This document shows, in pieces, positions 39,901 to 48,964 of a stretch of DNA of 64,000 bases. The position numbers were made by a program, and so were the translations under genes. The notes beneath the pieces were generated by a model. That model had not been told where the DNA came from. It saw only the letters and a program-made list of their open reading frames with translations, and searched no databases. The first letter of the stretch is position 1; every line of letters begins with the position of its first letter. Source of the DNA: Callorhinchus milii (Eukaryota); the NCBI RefSeq assembly GCF_018977255.1, contig NW_024704743.1, positions 34,474,001 through 34,538,000 on the forward strand. The letters are read 5' to 3'.

Positions 39901-42152
39901 TCTGTGAAGCGCTTTGAGACATCTCCACGATGTGATAAGGCAGTATATCAAATGCAAGTATTATTATTATTGTTATCCCTTTACTGAACCGCCCTTAATT
40001 ATCAGAATGTTACACAGGAGAGCATCAGTCGCCAGTCTGGGAAACATTGACAGCTATTGAAGGAGAGAATAGTTAATATGAGCTAAAAGGTCGTACTTTG
40101 GTGTAAAGCAGTTGATCAATCTATATATCTGGCTGGAAAGTGAATCCAGCAAGCTGGCAAGAACAGAACTATTGAAGTAGCAAATGCCATTTATATCAGA
40201 AAACCTATTAAGTCTGAAGCCTTTTAAAATACTCTCAACACCTCAACAGAGTTCTAATTTATGTTTTTATCTAGAGGTTACAGAAGTGAACAAGAGGAGA
40301 GAAAATTACAAAGCTACTTTTTAGATTACACAAATGACAAGTAATTAAAAGGTTATTTACGAAAAAAAATTGAAATGTTAAAAACTAGGTTTGAATCAAG
40401 AACCAAAAGCAAACTCTTTGACATCAGACAAAAAATAAGTATCAGTGAAACCAGTAATTATTTTGCAGACAGACCAGGTATTATAACTACATACTGTATA
40501 ATTTTTTAATTTCAAATTCAGAAAGATCATCTTCAAGCTGCCTACTCACTATTTAGTATGTTTTCAAACACTGCGGATCTGTTTCAGTTACCAAAATGGA
40601 AAAGGTAATTGAAGACTTGCAAATATTTAACCCATCATGTACTTCTAAGGTTTGGAATCATCCAGTAAAGGATGAGATGTTAAAATTGTTTACTAATAGG
40701 TCTGATAGTTACATTCAGATTTGTGTTGTCTATCAGTAAGTTAATGTAATTAAACGTATGTTCCCCATCAAAACAAAAGTAATATTTAACAAACAGTACT
40801 TATGCGCAACAAAATCTTAGAACTCTGATCTTAGAAAGATTACAAGTTGCACTGTGGTCATACAATGTTTAGCAATAGTAATCCTTGCATTTCATATCAG
40901 GAAGATGGCTCAAGGCACTTCACAGGATTTACTGTAATGTGTAGTGACTGTGTATTTTGTAAAAGAAACTAAGAACAGCAGTATCCCGCAATCATCCATG
41001 AAGTGAATGACCAATTTGATCCGGGGGATTATTTGGTTTTCCAGATTCCAATCAATTTAATTCTTTTACCCCAAATCAATTATATTATTCTGATGCACGT
41101 TGTCATTTTCTGCCATGTTTTAATACTGAAAGGCATCACCAGGTAAAGATATTCTGTCCGCCATCATTCGTGTTGGAGAGTTTGTCTCGTTGCTAAGCCC
41201 ATGATGAAGAACTTTAAGACAGCAGCAGCAGTGACCTGGCTTACTGCCAGCGGAGCACTCAAAGGCTCCCATTGCTCTTTCTCAGGAAAGTGGGTTACTT
41301 GGTGAATTCTAACATGTTGAAATATCTCTATGGCACCACTTTCTACTCACCAAGTCTGGTTTCAGCAATGCCTGCTTGGGCAGCCAAACCCTACTTTATC
41401 TCTATATAGATGTAAATGTCATTTGTATGATTACTCTCGACATCTCCGGGCGCTCGCGGGCGTAGATTGTGTCATAATTATTTCGTCTGACCAACCGTTT
41501 GAACGCAAGACCGGTTACCTCTCTGATTACCGCTCGAACGGACACGCAGATGAAGGCAATTCCGTTTACGTATCTCACGAGATGCAACGCATTGGCTTGC
41601 GCACCAAAACACGAATCGAAAACTTAAGAAAAAAGGAAAGGTCTCCCGTTGAAAGAAGGTGTCATCGACCAGCATCCAGGGAGGCAGCTGTTTGCAGTCA
41701 GAAGGGACAGATACCCAGATATGATTAGCATTTTAGAAGTTGTAATATATTTTTTGTGGGTTTTTTTTTGGAGGGGGGGGGGGGGGGGGGAGATGGGGGG
41801 GAGGGAGTGCTTTTTTTTTTTTTTGCATCACCGTTTTTCTTTTGTTTCTTAGACGGTTAACCGTGAGTCCCAGTGAACATGGCTCTCAGCAGAGAGCGAT
41901 GCTGGAAGAGAGCCGCCGCCGTCTGTCATCCATCGGCGGACGCGGTGCAGCATCGGGGGGACAAGGAGCAAACCAACAGCGGCACTGCTCTCACCGCACA
42001 CCGACGCTGCCCCTCCTGTTTAAGCAGCGCAGCAATGTACCGACCTATTCGCCCATCTATCTATCTGTTTTCGCCGCCAATACAACCGGCCCGAGCTCCG
42101 AGCTCTTTTCCGCGAGAGCTGCGATGTTGCTTACCGCGACGGTGGGCATCAT
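3783..42152 (-). CDS. ELOVL2: ELOVL fatty acid elongase 2, whole spliced CDS span (8 coding exons, 903 nt, 300 aa)
   Basis: Manual splicing gives [47 protein letters not shown]...KAVEFMDT...[46 protein letters not shown]...TQAQLVQF...[16 protein letters not shown]...NTSKKKD*. ELO-family boxes KxxExxDT, HxxHH, NxxxHxxMYxYY and TxxQxxQ are present. NWIPCGQ and PCGFPxGCL match ELOVL2 rather than ELOVL5. Internal exon sizes 64/188/78/172/125/135 match the vertebrate ELOVL2 structure as I recall it. Confidence 0.97.
4214..4348 (-). CDS. ELOVL2: ELOVL2 coding exon 7 ([45 protein letters not shown])
   Basis: ttttag|GTA CAA...GTG AAG|gtaaga; 135 nt. Confidence 0.97.
4587..4711 (-). CDS. ELOVL2: ELOVL2 coding exon 6 ([21 protein letters not shown]...TQAQL)
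   Basis: ttctag|GC TTT...CAG CTG|gtaatt; 125 nt. Confidence 0.97.
5607..6088. repeat. Inverted repeat with 63-bp arms (5607-5669 / 6026-6088), 56/63 identical
   Basis: Direct base-by-base comparison of the arms. Confidence 0.9.
6218..6389 (-). CDS. ELOVL2: ELOVL2 coding exon 5 (catalytic HxxHH exon)
   Basis: ttgcag|GTG GCT AAG...GGT CAA A|gtaagt; 172 nt; [57 protein letters not shown]. Confidence 0.98.
7157..7234 (-). CDS. ELOVL2: ELOVL2 coding exon 4 ([26 protein letters not shown])
   Basis: ttttcag|CTG...AGG|gtgaga; 78 nt. Confidence 0.96.
9706..10295 (+). mobile_element. Deu-type tRNA-SINE interrupted by a hAT MITE
   Basis: tRNA-like head at 9706-9799; body (gaggtgccgtccttcagatgagacgttaaactgagg...gatcccatggcactattc) resumes at 10062. 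Confidence 0.8.
9800..10061. mobile_element. Non-autonomous hAT-like DNA transposon (MITE)
   Basis: Imperfect TIRs (cggggg...ctctaaccggtcgatc versus reverse-complemented caggggtctccaatcagtcaatc). 8-bp TSD ATCTAAGC (9792-9799) / GTCTAAGT (10062-10069). Confidence 0.75.
11490..11830 (+). mobile_element. Deu-type SINE (5' truncated) with L2-like tail
   Basis: ggaggtgccatccttcgaatgagacattaaacc...gtttgtgggacattgc...ggattatt. Confidence 0.75.
13312..13434. repeat. Short insertion with a perfect 22-bp hairpin, flanked by a 15-bp direct repeat
   Basis: Arms 13366-13387 and 13402-13423; cagaacaagtttcca at 13312-13326 and 13420-13434. Confidence 0.85.
14902..15089 (-). CDS. ELOVL2: ELOVL2 coding exon 3 ([18 protein letters not shown]...LYMFIE)
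   Basis: ttttag|AT...GAG|gtaaga; 188 nt; overlaps track ORF 14734..15066. Confidence 0.97.
15460..15720 (+). mobile_element. Deu-type SINE fragment
   Basis: gatgagtcattaaactgaggtcctgtctgcc...aaatgcaaggattattatt. Confidence 0.7.
16012..16478 (+). mobile_element. Near full-length Deu-type tRNA-SINE
   Basis: A box tggcgcagtgg, B box ggttcaacccc, Deu-like body, L2-like tail with (ATT)n. Confidence 0.8.
16640..16910 (-). mobile_element. CORE-type tRNA-SINE
   Basis: Reverse strand: gtcctgtaacttagtggttaga...gggttcgattc...gggcaagtttccttactccacacacctctgttta. Confidence 0.8.
19760..20125 (+). mobile_element. L2 LINE 3' fragment
   Basis: Similar to the 3' ends of the 25.2-26.0 kb and 44 kb L2 copies. 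Confidence 0.75.
20832..20895 (-). CDS. ELOVL2: ELOVL2 coding exon 2 ([21 protein letters not shown]+G)
   Basis: ttttgcag|AAC...AGA G|gtaagt; 64 nt; homologous to ELOVL2 N-termini. Confidence 0.93.
21021..21395. repeat. Inverted repeat with 55-bp core arms (21031-21085 / 21336-21390), 53/55 identical, 250-bp spacer
   Basis: Direct comparison; pairing extends to gctgc/gcagc across a small indel. Confidence 0.92.
22945..23258 (-). mobile_element. Young CORE-type tRNA-SINE, short subfamily
   Basis: tRNA-like head (stem CTCGC/GCGAG, loop TTTGCAA), partial CORE-like segment, L2-like tail, (ATT)n end; CpGs retained. Confidence 0.88.
24815..26026 (+). mobile_element. L2 LINE, 5'-truncated, RT C-terminal half plus 3'UTR
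   Basis: VPQG-like motif, [39 protein letters not shown]; stops and frameshifts; (GTT)n tail. Confidence 0.92.
26978..27392 (+). mobile_element. Deu-type tRNA-SINE
   Basis: gtgtcagcctggcccagttg head, gaggtgccgttcttcagat body, (ATT)n tail. Confidence 0.78.
27740..28260 (-). mobile_element. Old degenerate L2 fragment
   Basis: Purine-rich plus strand with remnants such as aggctttggagagatttg...aaggatcctgaa, resembling antisense L2 ORF2. Confidence 0.5.
29095..29277. mobile_element. Imperfect fold-back palindrome of about 183 bp, MITE-like
   Basis: aggccctgaaatcctatctcgtcttag pairs with ctaagactaggtggaatttcaagcct; taaaatttaagatcacacagaatt pairs with aactctgtgcaatcttaaatttta. Confidence 0.7.
33845..34248 (-). 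mobile_element. Full-length CORE-type tRNA-SINE (long form)
   Basis: Head, complete CORE-like segment (gggcaaatttccttactccacacgcctctgtttacctcgcagtaagtagg), shared 3' body and tail. Confidence 0.88.
35155..36089 (-). mobile_element. Internally deleted L2 nested in the CR1 3' end
   Basis: Starts at a (GTT)n tail and encodes [10 protein letters not shown] and LARLHWL remnants; the CR1 sequence is contiguous once this segment is removed (compare positions 61-90). Confidence 0.85.
38426..38738 (+). mobile_element. CORE-type SINE (short subfamily) nested in the CR1 APE region
   Basis: Highly similar to 22945-23258; the CR1 reading ...SVWVE is split at the insertion. Confidence 0.88.
42135..42152 (-). 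CDS. ELOVL2: ELOVL2 coding exon 1 (MMPTVA)
   Basis: Minus strand reads ccgccaacATG ATG CCC ACC GTC GCG|gtaagc. It has a Kozak-like context and a strong phase-0 donor in frame with exon 2, and it lies inside the only clear promoter-like CpG island. Confidence 0.8.
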
Positions 42153-42319
42153 GTTGGCGGCCGAGTGCTGTGCGCTGTCCTCGGTAGCTGGGAGTCCTGG
42201 ACCGGTCCTCCCTCCCTACCTCCCTCCCTCCCTCCCCGCAAGTCACTAACTTACAGCAACGCTGCACCGTCTCTCCCCTGCGCCGGCAGCCACTTCAGAG
42301 TGAGTGACAGGCTGGCAGG

Positions 42320-42333
42320 GTCTCCATGGTAAC
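42320..42333. promoter_or_regulatory. RFX X-box-like motif GTCTCCATGGTAAC
   Basis: Matches the X-box consensus GTNNCC-AT-GGNAAC; about 170 bp upstream of the ATG, inside the CpG island. Confidence 0.55.
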
Positions 42334-42654
42334 CTGCCCGGGCCACTCCTCCCCCCCCCCCCCACCCCCCCCCACTCCATGAGCTCATGATATCACACAG
42401 CGGTGGGGGGTGGTGGTGGGGGGGGGGTCGGTGGTGCAGAGTGATCCAATGGCTATTTGGACCTCCCTTTTGGATGGTGTGGTTGGTAGTCAAGAACCCT
42501 CCAGATGGAGTGACGGTTTGCCATCCAAACCTGAACTGGTCTGCGGGGCCTTTGCAGCTCGTCAACAGGCTCTGCTGCGTTTGCCCGCAAACTCACGCTC
42601 GCCGTACCTGACGTAGATTTACCTGTCGGACGCTTTGGAGACCTTTCTGCGTTG

Positions 42655-42971
42655 CCTGTTTGATTCCCGGGCAGGGCGAAACGTTGGGCAAGTTTCCTTT
42701 GCTCCACGCGCCTCTGTTTACCGAGCAGTGAGTAGGAACCTCGTTTTTAGTTGATTGGTGGACAGCTTAGCCGGGGGGTAATAAGGCCTTAAGAAAAAAA
42801 TTCAATAATAATTTGGTCACTCAATCCACAGCTGTTTGTGTGCGATTGCCTGCCTCATTTTGCCCACAAAATATACAGTCAATCCACTTTACAGTATATT
42901 CTGTGAAGCGCTTTGAGACTTCTTGAAGACGTGATAAGGCACTATATCAAATGCAAAGATTATTATTATTT
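42655..42971 (+). mobile_element. CORE-type SINE at the upstream edge of the CpG island
   Basis: gattcccgggcagggcgaaacgttgggcaagtttcc...(ATT)n. Confidence 0.82.
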
Positions 42972-43013
42972 ATGTAATGCCCTTCAACCTGGGTAGCATC
43001 TCAGAGAGCTTAA

Positions 43014-43275
43014 CAACAATAACAACAAATTACACTTGTATCGCACCCTTCATGTTGGAAAGATGTCCCAGGGCCCTGGACAATCAGGGGGTTTGGACCC
43101 GAGCCAGGAATTGGGGTCAGAAGAGGAGGAGGGCAGGGGCTGAGGTTGAGGGTAGCTGAAGGCATGATCGAAGAGGAAGGTCTTCAGATCGGACTTGAAG
43201 GAGGCAAGAGAGGGGTGAGTTGGAGGGATTGCGGAATAGAGTTCCAGAGTGTGGGGGCAGAGATGCTGAAGGCTC
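43014..43275 (-). mobile_element. L2 3' fragment
   Basis: (CAA)n tail on the plus strand; SFKSDLKTFLFDHAF remnant. Confidence 0.8.
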
Positions 43276-43836
43276 TTCAAATGCAATATCAAATGTAAGG
43301 ATTATTTATTTATTTGCAATCTGATCTGCATCCATGCTGCTCTGTAAATGGCGTAAGTGGTGCACTTGTGAGGAAAGGAAAATATGAAATAAGAGGCTGG
43401 AGCCGAAGGGCCGCTACAGCAGTGAGGTATCGGATGTCCCAAGTTAGTGCCTTGGGACGTCCTTCTGATGTGAAAGGCGCTATATGTAATTTATTGTTGC
43501 TGTTGTTGGTGGGATAAGTACAAGCAAGTCGTTTTGATAGATTGTGCACATTTGGAATTTCCACTACTTCACAATGGTGACCCCCACTGTTGTTTAGGGA
43601 AGGGGATGGATCTTGACAGGTCATGGTCGAAAATTGGAGTTGTGGAGATTGATGAATATTTTGGGGTTTTGGGTGATCTTTGGGCGTTTATTCCGAGTAA
43701 AGTAAGGTTGGTTCGATACAGTCTGTGGAAGGAGTGGGCTGGATGGTTTTATGTTGTTCTGTACTTTCTTATATTTTTATACTTTGCTCTTATGATGTGT
43801 CAGCCTAGCTCAACTGGCAGTACTCTCATCTGAGTC

Positions 43837-44559
43837 CTCATATCCGCGCCACAACTGGTACCGCCTTCCACCACCTCCGGAATATCGCCAGACTACGGCA
43901 CTACCTCATCCCTCACACTGCTGAAACACTGGTCCACGCCTTTATCACCTCAAGGCTGGACTATGGGAAACTCTCTCCTCTCCAGCCTTCCTGGCACCTC
44001 CCTCCACAAGCTGCAGGTCATCCAAAACTCTACAGCATGTGTTCAGCCTGCACCAGGCTTCGCGACCACATCACTCCCACCCTCGCTCGCCTCCACTGGC
44101 TCCCCATCCCCCAGAGGATCGAATTCAAGATCCTCATCCTCACCTACAAGGCCATTCACGGCCTTGCTCCCTCCTACCTCTCCGACCAACTATCCTCCAA
44201 CTTACCTGCCCGTACCTTCCATTCCTCTGGCTCCGGTCTGCTCCATATCCCCCGCCCTAACCCCCCTACCATCGGTGGCCGGGCCTTCAGCCTCTCAGCA
44301 CCTAGGCTCTGGAACTCAATCCCCCAGTACCTTCGCCTTGCTTCCTCCCTTTCCTCCTTCAAGGCCGGTCTCAAGACCTTTCTCTTTGACCGTGCCTTCA
44401 GCTCCCCTCTCGACTCTCTACCCCCTCCTCGCTCCCTCCCTTCCCCCACCCTGACCATTTTCCCTCTGCTCGGGTCCCGACCCAACTGTCCAGTGCCTTG
44501 GGACATCCTCCCGACGTGAAAGGCGCTCTATAAATGCAATCTTGTTGTTGTTGTTGTTG
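43837..44559 (+). mobile_element. Young L2 3' fragment with a 6-bp TSD, nested in a Deu-type SINE (43797-44870)
   Basis: ORF remnant [27 protein letters not shown]...; TGAGTC at 43831-43836 and 44560-44565. Confidence 0.92.
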
Positions 44560-46514
44560 TGAGTCAAAAAGTTGCGGGTTCAAGCCCCACATCGGAACAT
44601 GGAACCCATGTAGTCTATGTTGACATTCCATTGCAGTGCTGGAGTGGTGTGCTGGTTATTGGAGGTACCGTCCTTCGGTTGAGACACTAAACCGAAGTCC
44701 CCTTTTTCTGTGTAGGTGGTCGTTAAAGATCTCAAAGCACAATTCAAGAAGAGAAGGGAGTTCCTTCTGTTATCCTGGCCAAGAATCCCCAGATTAAATA
44801 AGTCACTCATTCCATGGCTGATTGAGGGATATTGCTGTGTGCAAATTAACAGCCTCGACCACCCAAAAAATACACATGGGAGAAACAATTCAGAAAAGTT
44901 TAAATGAGCAATGACCATAATAGAACTGTATCAATAAATTTGGAAGATAAGCCAGGTCTACTTGGAGCTGACTTGGAGCTACAACAGAATATTGTAATCG
45001 AGTCAATCCTCTATGGCAGTCTCAGTAGTCCGGTTTCTGAGCTAAGTGGATTTACAGTATTCCAGGGTACTGCTTTCCACTCAGCACCTGTTAACCCTAC
45101 AAATCAAAACACAAATGGGTAGGGTGGTCCTAGCAGGACAAGCAGGTGGAAATTTGCCAGAAACTACATTCAATGACATGCTATGCGTTTTAGCTGGTTG
45201 AACATTAACTCAATACTAATCTCATTAAAAATAAAAAAATATATATTTATAAAGTGTCATTCACATTGGGAGAACATACCAAACATAACCTGCGCTTAAC
45301 AACATCCAGAATTAGGAAAAATAGTTTTGGCCCTCCAAAAGAGAGTCCTCATTCCATTTGAGACACAGGGAAATTTCCATGTGTCGATGGCCATGCATAA
45401 ACAAAGATAAGCATGATGAATGGATTGCACATGTATCAGACTCCTGGCTGACCAAACAAACATTTATTCAAACTGTTAATTTTCAGATCTGCTCTGAATC
45501 TAATAGCAGCTCTTTGCTTCATTCTCAATCCACTCTTCTCAATCCACCACTAAGTAAATAATTATTGCTGTAAACTGATAACAATCAATCACCCATGAAG
45601 TTTAGTCTTATCCTCACAAGTAGGGGCAATTAGATTGCAGGATCAATCATCCCCTGCAGGGAGTACAGTGCATCAACAATAATTACAGCAATATTTGTGT
45701 TTTCATAATGACAGCATAACAACAGGGTACATCTGGAGACTACTGTAATGAGACTGGGTATCTGATACAATTGACTTGAGGTACATATGGGATTTCCCAT
45801 AGCCTAAAGGATGGTTTAGAATAAGTTTGGTTCAACAAATGATGGCTAGCTCTGCATTTTGAAAGAGATGGTCAGAGATCCTGATGGTATTATTGTCAGA
45901 GGGAATTGCACTGACAGAAAAGGTAATGTGATATTGATGTTTGGATTCATACAATATGTTGAGGTGCAGTTTCAGAAACAGCCTTAATGACATCCTCCGG
46001 GTCATTGGAGAAGATGAGAAATAGAATGGATCCAATTGAACTCTGCTGAGGATCTCAGAATAGACGTTATACAACAATATAAATATTCATTTATCATGTC
46101 CCAATGTTTTTGTCCTTTGATGAGCATGCCAAATATGCTAAAATGTCACTGGGATGTTAAGCCCTATTAATGGATATTTTTCTGACATTGTGCTTAACAA
46201 TGAGAGTATTATTTTCAAATGTAAACTTTCTATTCTTATCAAAGCCATGATCAAGTAGCTGGTCCTATGAATTTGAAAGACACTATTTGACACTTTTTAG
46301 CAAAGATATTGTTTTCCCTGAATATATGATCACAAGAATATATATGAATTTCCAGGTATTCTTTTTAGTGCAAACAAAATAAATGTATTAAAAAACCAAA
46401 TTAAGCAAAGTTTCTGAATGCAATGGTAATGAGGGCTATGTTGAGATGTAGTTGTGTCTTGACATTTCATGTCATGAATCATGATCAACAGTATAAATGG
46501 AATGGTCACAGGCA

Positions 46515-46830
46515 TAATATAAAATAATAATAATCCTTGCATTTGATATAGCGCTTTTCATGTCTTCCAGATGTCTCAAACCGCTTCCCCAGAATATACT
46601 GTAAAGTTAACTGTTTGTGGCTGAAACATAGCAGTTAATTGCGCACAGCAGTGTCCCACAAACAATCATGGATTGAAGTGTCCAATTTATTATTGGGTTT
46701 TTTTCTTGATGGATTATTGTCAGGTGTGTGGAGTAAGGAAATTTGCCCAAGATTTTGCCCTGCCGGGAATCAAACCCAGGTTTCTTGCTTGCGAGATGAG
46801 TGCTCTAACCACTGAGCTACAGGACTCCAC
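46515..46830 (-). mobile_element. CORE-type SINE (short form)
   Basis: Same head and tail as the other copies. Confidence 0.85.
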
Positions 46831-47122
46831 ATGTACAGCACCATCCTCAAATGTTTAGATATAATTCCAAATTTTCTTTCTTTGCCCCATTCCTGTAACC
46901 AATTCCCCTCCTCCTGAAACATTTCTGTTCTTACCAGGAACTAATATTAAATTAAAATCCACATCTCCATTCAATTAATTTTTTTTTGTTTAGCCAGGTG
47001 TCTGATAATCAATGGCAGTTTAGGCAGTTCTCCATTTTGAGAGGAGATAAATGTCTTCCAGTCACTGAGTCTGACCAGTAATAAAGGCATAGCTCATGCC
47101 AGAAAAACTCATCGCAATAATG

Positions 47123-47323
47123 TATATAGTCTGATATTAAGTGTGAAACCTTTATATAGTCTGATATTAGTGACACCTCTGTATGATTTGATATCAACAG
47201 TGACACCTCTATATAGTTCGATATTAACAGTGACACCTCTATATAGTCTGATATTAACAGTGACACCTCTATATAGTCTGATATTAACAGTGACACCTCT
47301 ATATAGTCTGATATTAACAGTGA
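47123..47323. repeat. Minisatellite, 30-bp unit ATATAGTCTGATATTAACAGTGACACCTCT, about 7 copies
   Basis: Read directly; 3' copies are near-perfect and 5' copies degenerate. Confidence 0.95.
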
Positions 47324-48469
47324 GGGTTCATCTTTCACAAGCAGAAACTACCCAGTAGTCTGCAGCTCATAACCATGAAGTCATGGCTATGTGAACCTAT
47401 CACCCCCTCTTCATATGGTTCCACAGTCTCCCCACTTTCCAGCAGCTTCAGTTGAAGACCCTTTTCTTTGCTTTCAAATCTCTGCATGGGCTTTGTCCCC
47501 TCTATCTCTGTGTCCTCCTCGATCACTAGTGCCCCAGCCACTCCCTCTGCTCAGCAAACACCGTTTTGGATCCGATTCGGCCCATCCGATTGGCAGGTGA
47601 GCTTGTGAATGTTTTGCTCCCACTCTCTGGAACTCCATCCTGGAGTCCCTCTGCTTTGCCCCCAGCCTACCTTCAGAATTCACAATACAAAAAATACAAA
47701 CACAATACAATAAATAGTCACAAAGTTAAAAAACAGAAAAACCCTGACACCATAACTATGACACTAGGAGCTTTATCTAAAGTTAGTGGACAAAGAAAAA
47801 ACAATCTTATCCTGGCGACAAGGCTCTCAGGTCAGGCACACTGAAGGTGAAGAGCGAGCCCGAGTCTAATGAACCCCCTTCTTTTATACGATTTTAACTC
47901 CCCCCCTTTTCATTTTATCTCTTGCTACTTTTTTCTGCCAATTTTGTTGCAACACTCACCCAGGTCAGAGACTTTGTGTCTTTATGGAGGTACTGCTTTA
48001 AATTATATTTTCGGTCCTTAGACCATAATTACACTTAAAGCGAAGCAGCTTATTTTAACACAAACTCTATACACAGATTGTCTACAACAACAACAGCATG
48101 ATTACATTTGTATAGCGCCTTTCACGCCGGGAGGACGTCCACAGATATTATTAGAACGAGGTAGAGCATTAATAAAAACAAGGTGTCCGTGACAGCTCCC
48201 ACTTACAAATAAGAACATTTGTATAGTTGTATAGTTCTGACTGCACCCCATTAGAATGCTATGTTTGGGCTGATGGACCCAAAGCAGCAAATTATGACGG
48301 GGATTTTCTGTATAGTTTTATCTGATTAAACTTCTCATTTCCATGGCATTCTCGCTGGGTAGATTAGATGTTTTAATTTCAGCTTTTTGATTAAACTTCT
48401 CATTTCTATGACATCCTCTGTGAGAAGATTAGGGTTTTCAACTATGGCTCCCAATTTATGCAATTTAAA

Positions 48470-48772
48470 AATGCAAACAAGAGACCTGGGTTTAATTCTC
48501 AGGCAATCCAAATGTTGGGCAAATTTCTTTACTCCACAAGCCTCTGTTTACCTAGCAGTAAACAGGAACTCCGTTGTTAGTTGATTAATATTAATAATAA
48601 TAATTTGGTCATTTCAATCCATAGCTGTTTGTGGGACACTGCTGTGTGCAGTTGGCTGCTGCGTTTTGCTCACAAAACAGACAGTCAATTCACTTTACAG
48701 TATATTCTGTGAAGTGCTTTGAGATGTCTCGAAGATGTGATAAGGCGCTATATCAAATACAAGGATTATTAT
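48470..48772 (+). mobile_element. CORE-type SINE, 5' truncated
   Basis: gagacctgggtttaattc...gggcaaatttctttactccacaagcctctgtttacctagcagt...ggattattatt. Confidence 0.82.
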
Positions 48773-48873
48773 TTAATTCGTATTTGTCCTCTGTGGGAAG
48801 ATTAGGGTTTTCCACTGTGGTTCCTAATTCTATTGCCTGCTTCTCAAAATTGTGTTTTTAAATTGCATAAAGT

Positions 48874-48887
48874 GCTCCACCTAGTGG
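48874..48887 (-). promoter_or_regulatory. CTCF-like motif CCACTAGGTGGAGC
   Basis: Close match to the CTCF core CCASYAGRKGGCRS; about 6.7 kb upstream of exon 1. Confidence 0.5.
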
Positions 48888-48964
48888 CACAGACCAGAAT
48901 TGTCAATGTTTCCGTTTCACCATTGGAAACTCGGACTCTCTCAGCAGAGGCCTAAGTACAGCTC

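Larger units (their letters stand above)
41430..42720. promoter_or_regulatory. CpG island / ELOVL2 promoter and exon 1
   Basis: Sharp rise in GC and CpG density against a CpG-depleted background. Contains the proposed start codon, a CCAAT near 42446 and G/C tracts. Confidence 0.85.

Noticed and set aside
41857..41880. Alternative start gagagccATG TTC ACT GGG ACT CAC G|gttaac on the minus strand
   Set aside because: The donor is weak and phase 1, which is incompatible with phase-0 exon 2; unspliced it stops immediately.
3783..42152. Assignment as ELOVL5
   Set aside because: Diagnostic residues ([14 protein letters not shown] with Cys rather than Trp) and the exon layout favour ELOVL2.
41330..42707. 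Cluster of overlapping ORFs in both directions
   Set aside because: Expected from high GC content in the CpG island; no recognisable protein apart from the 18-nt exon 1.
47009..47358. Repetitive ORFs (LLISDYIEVS)n / (VTPLYSLILT)n
   Set aside because: Translations of the 30-bp minisatellite.
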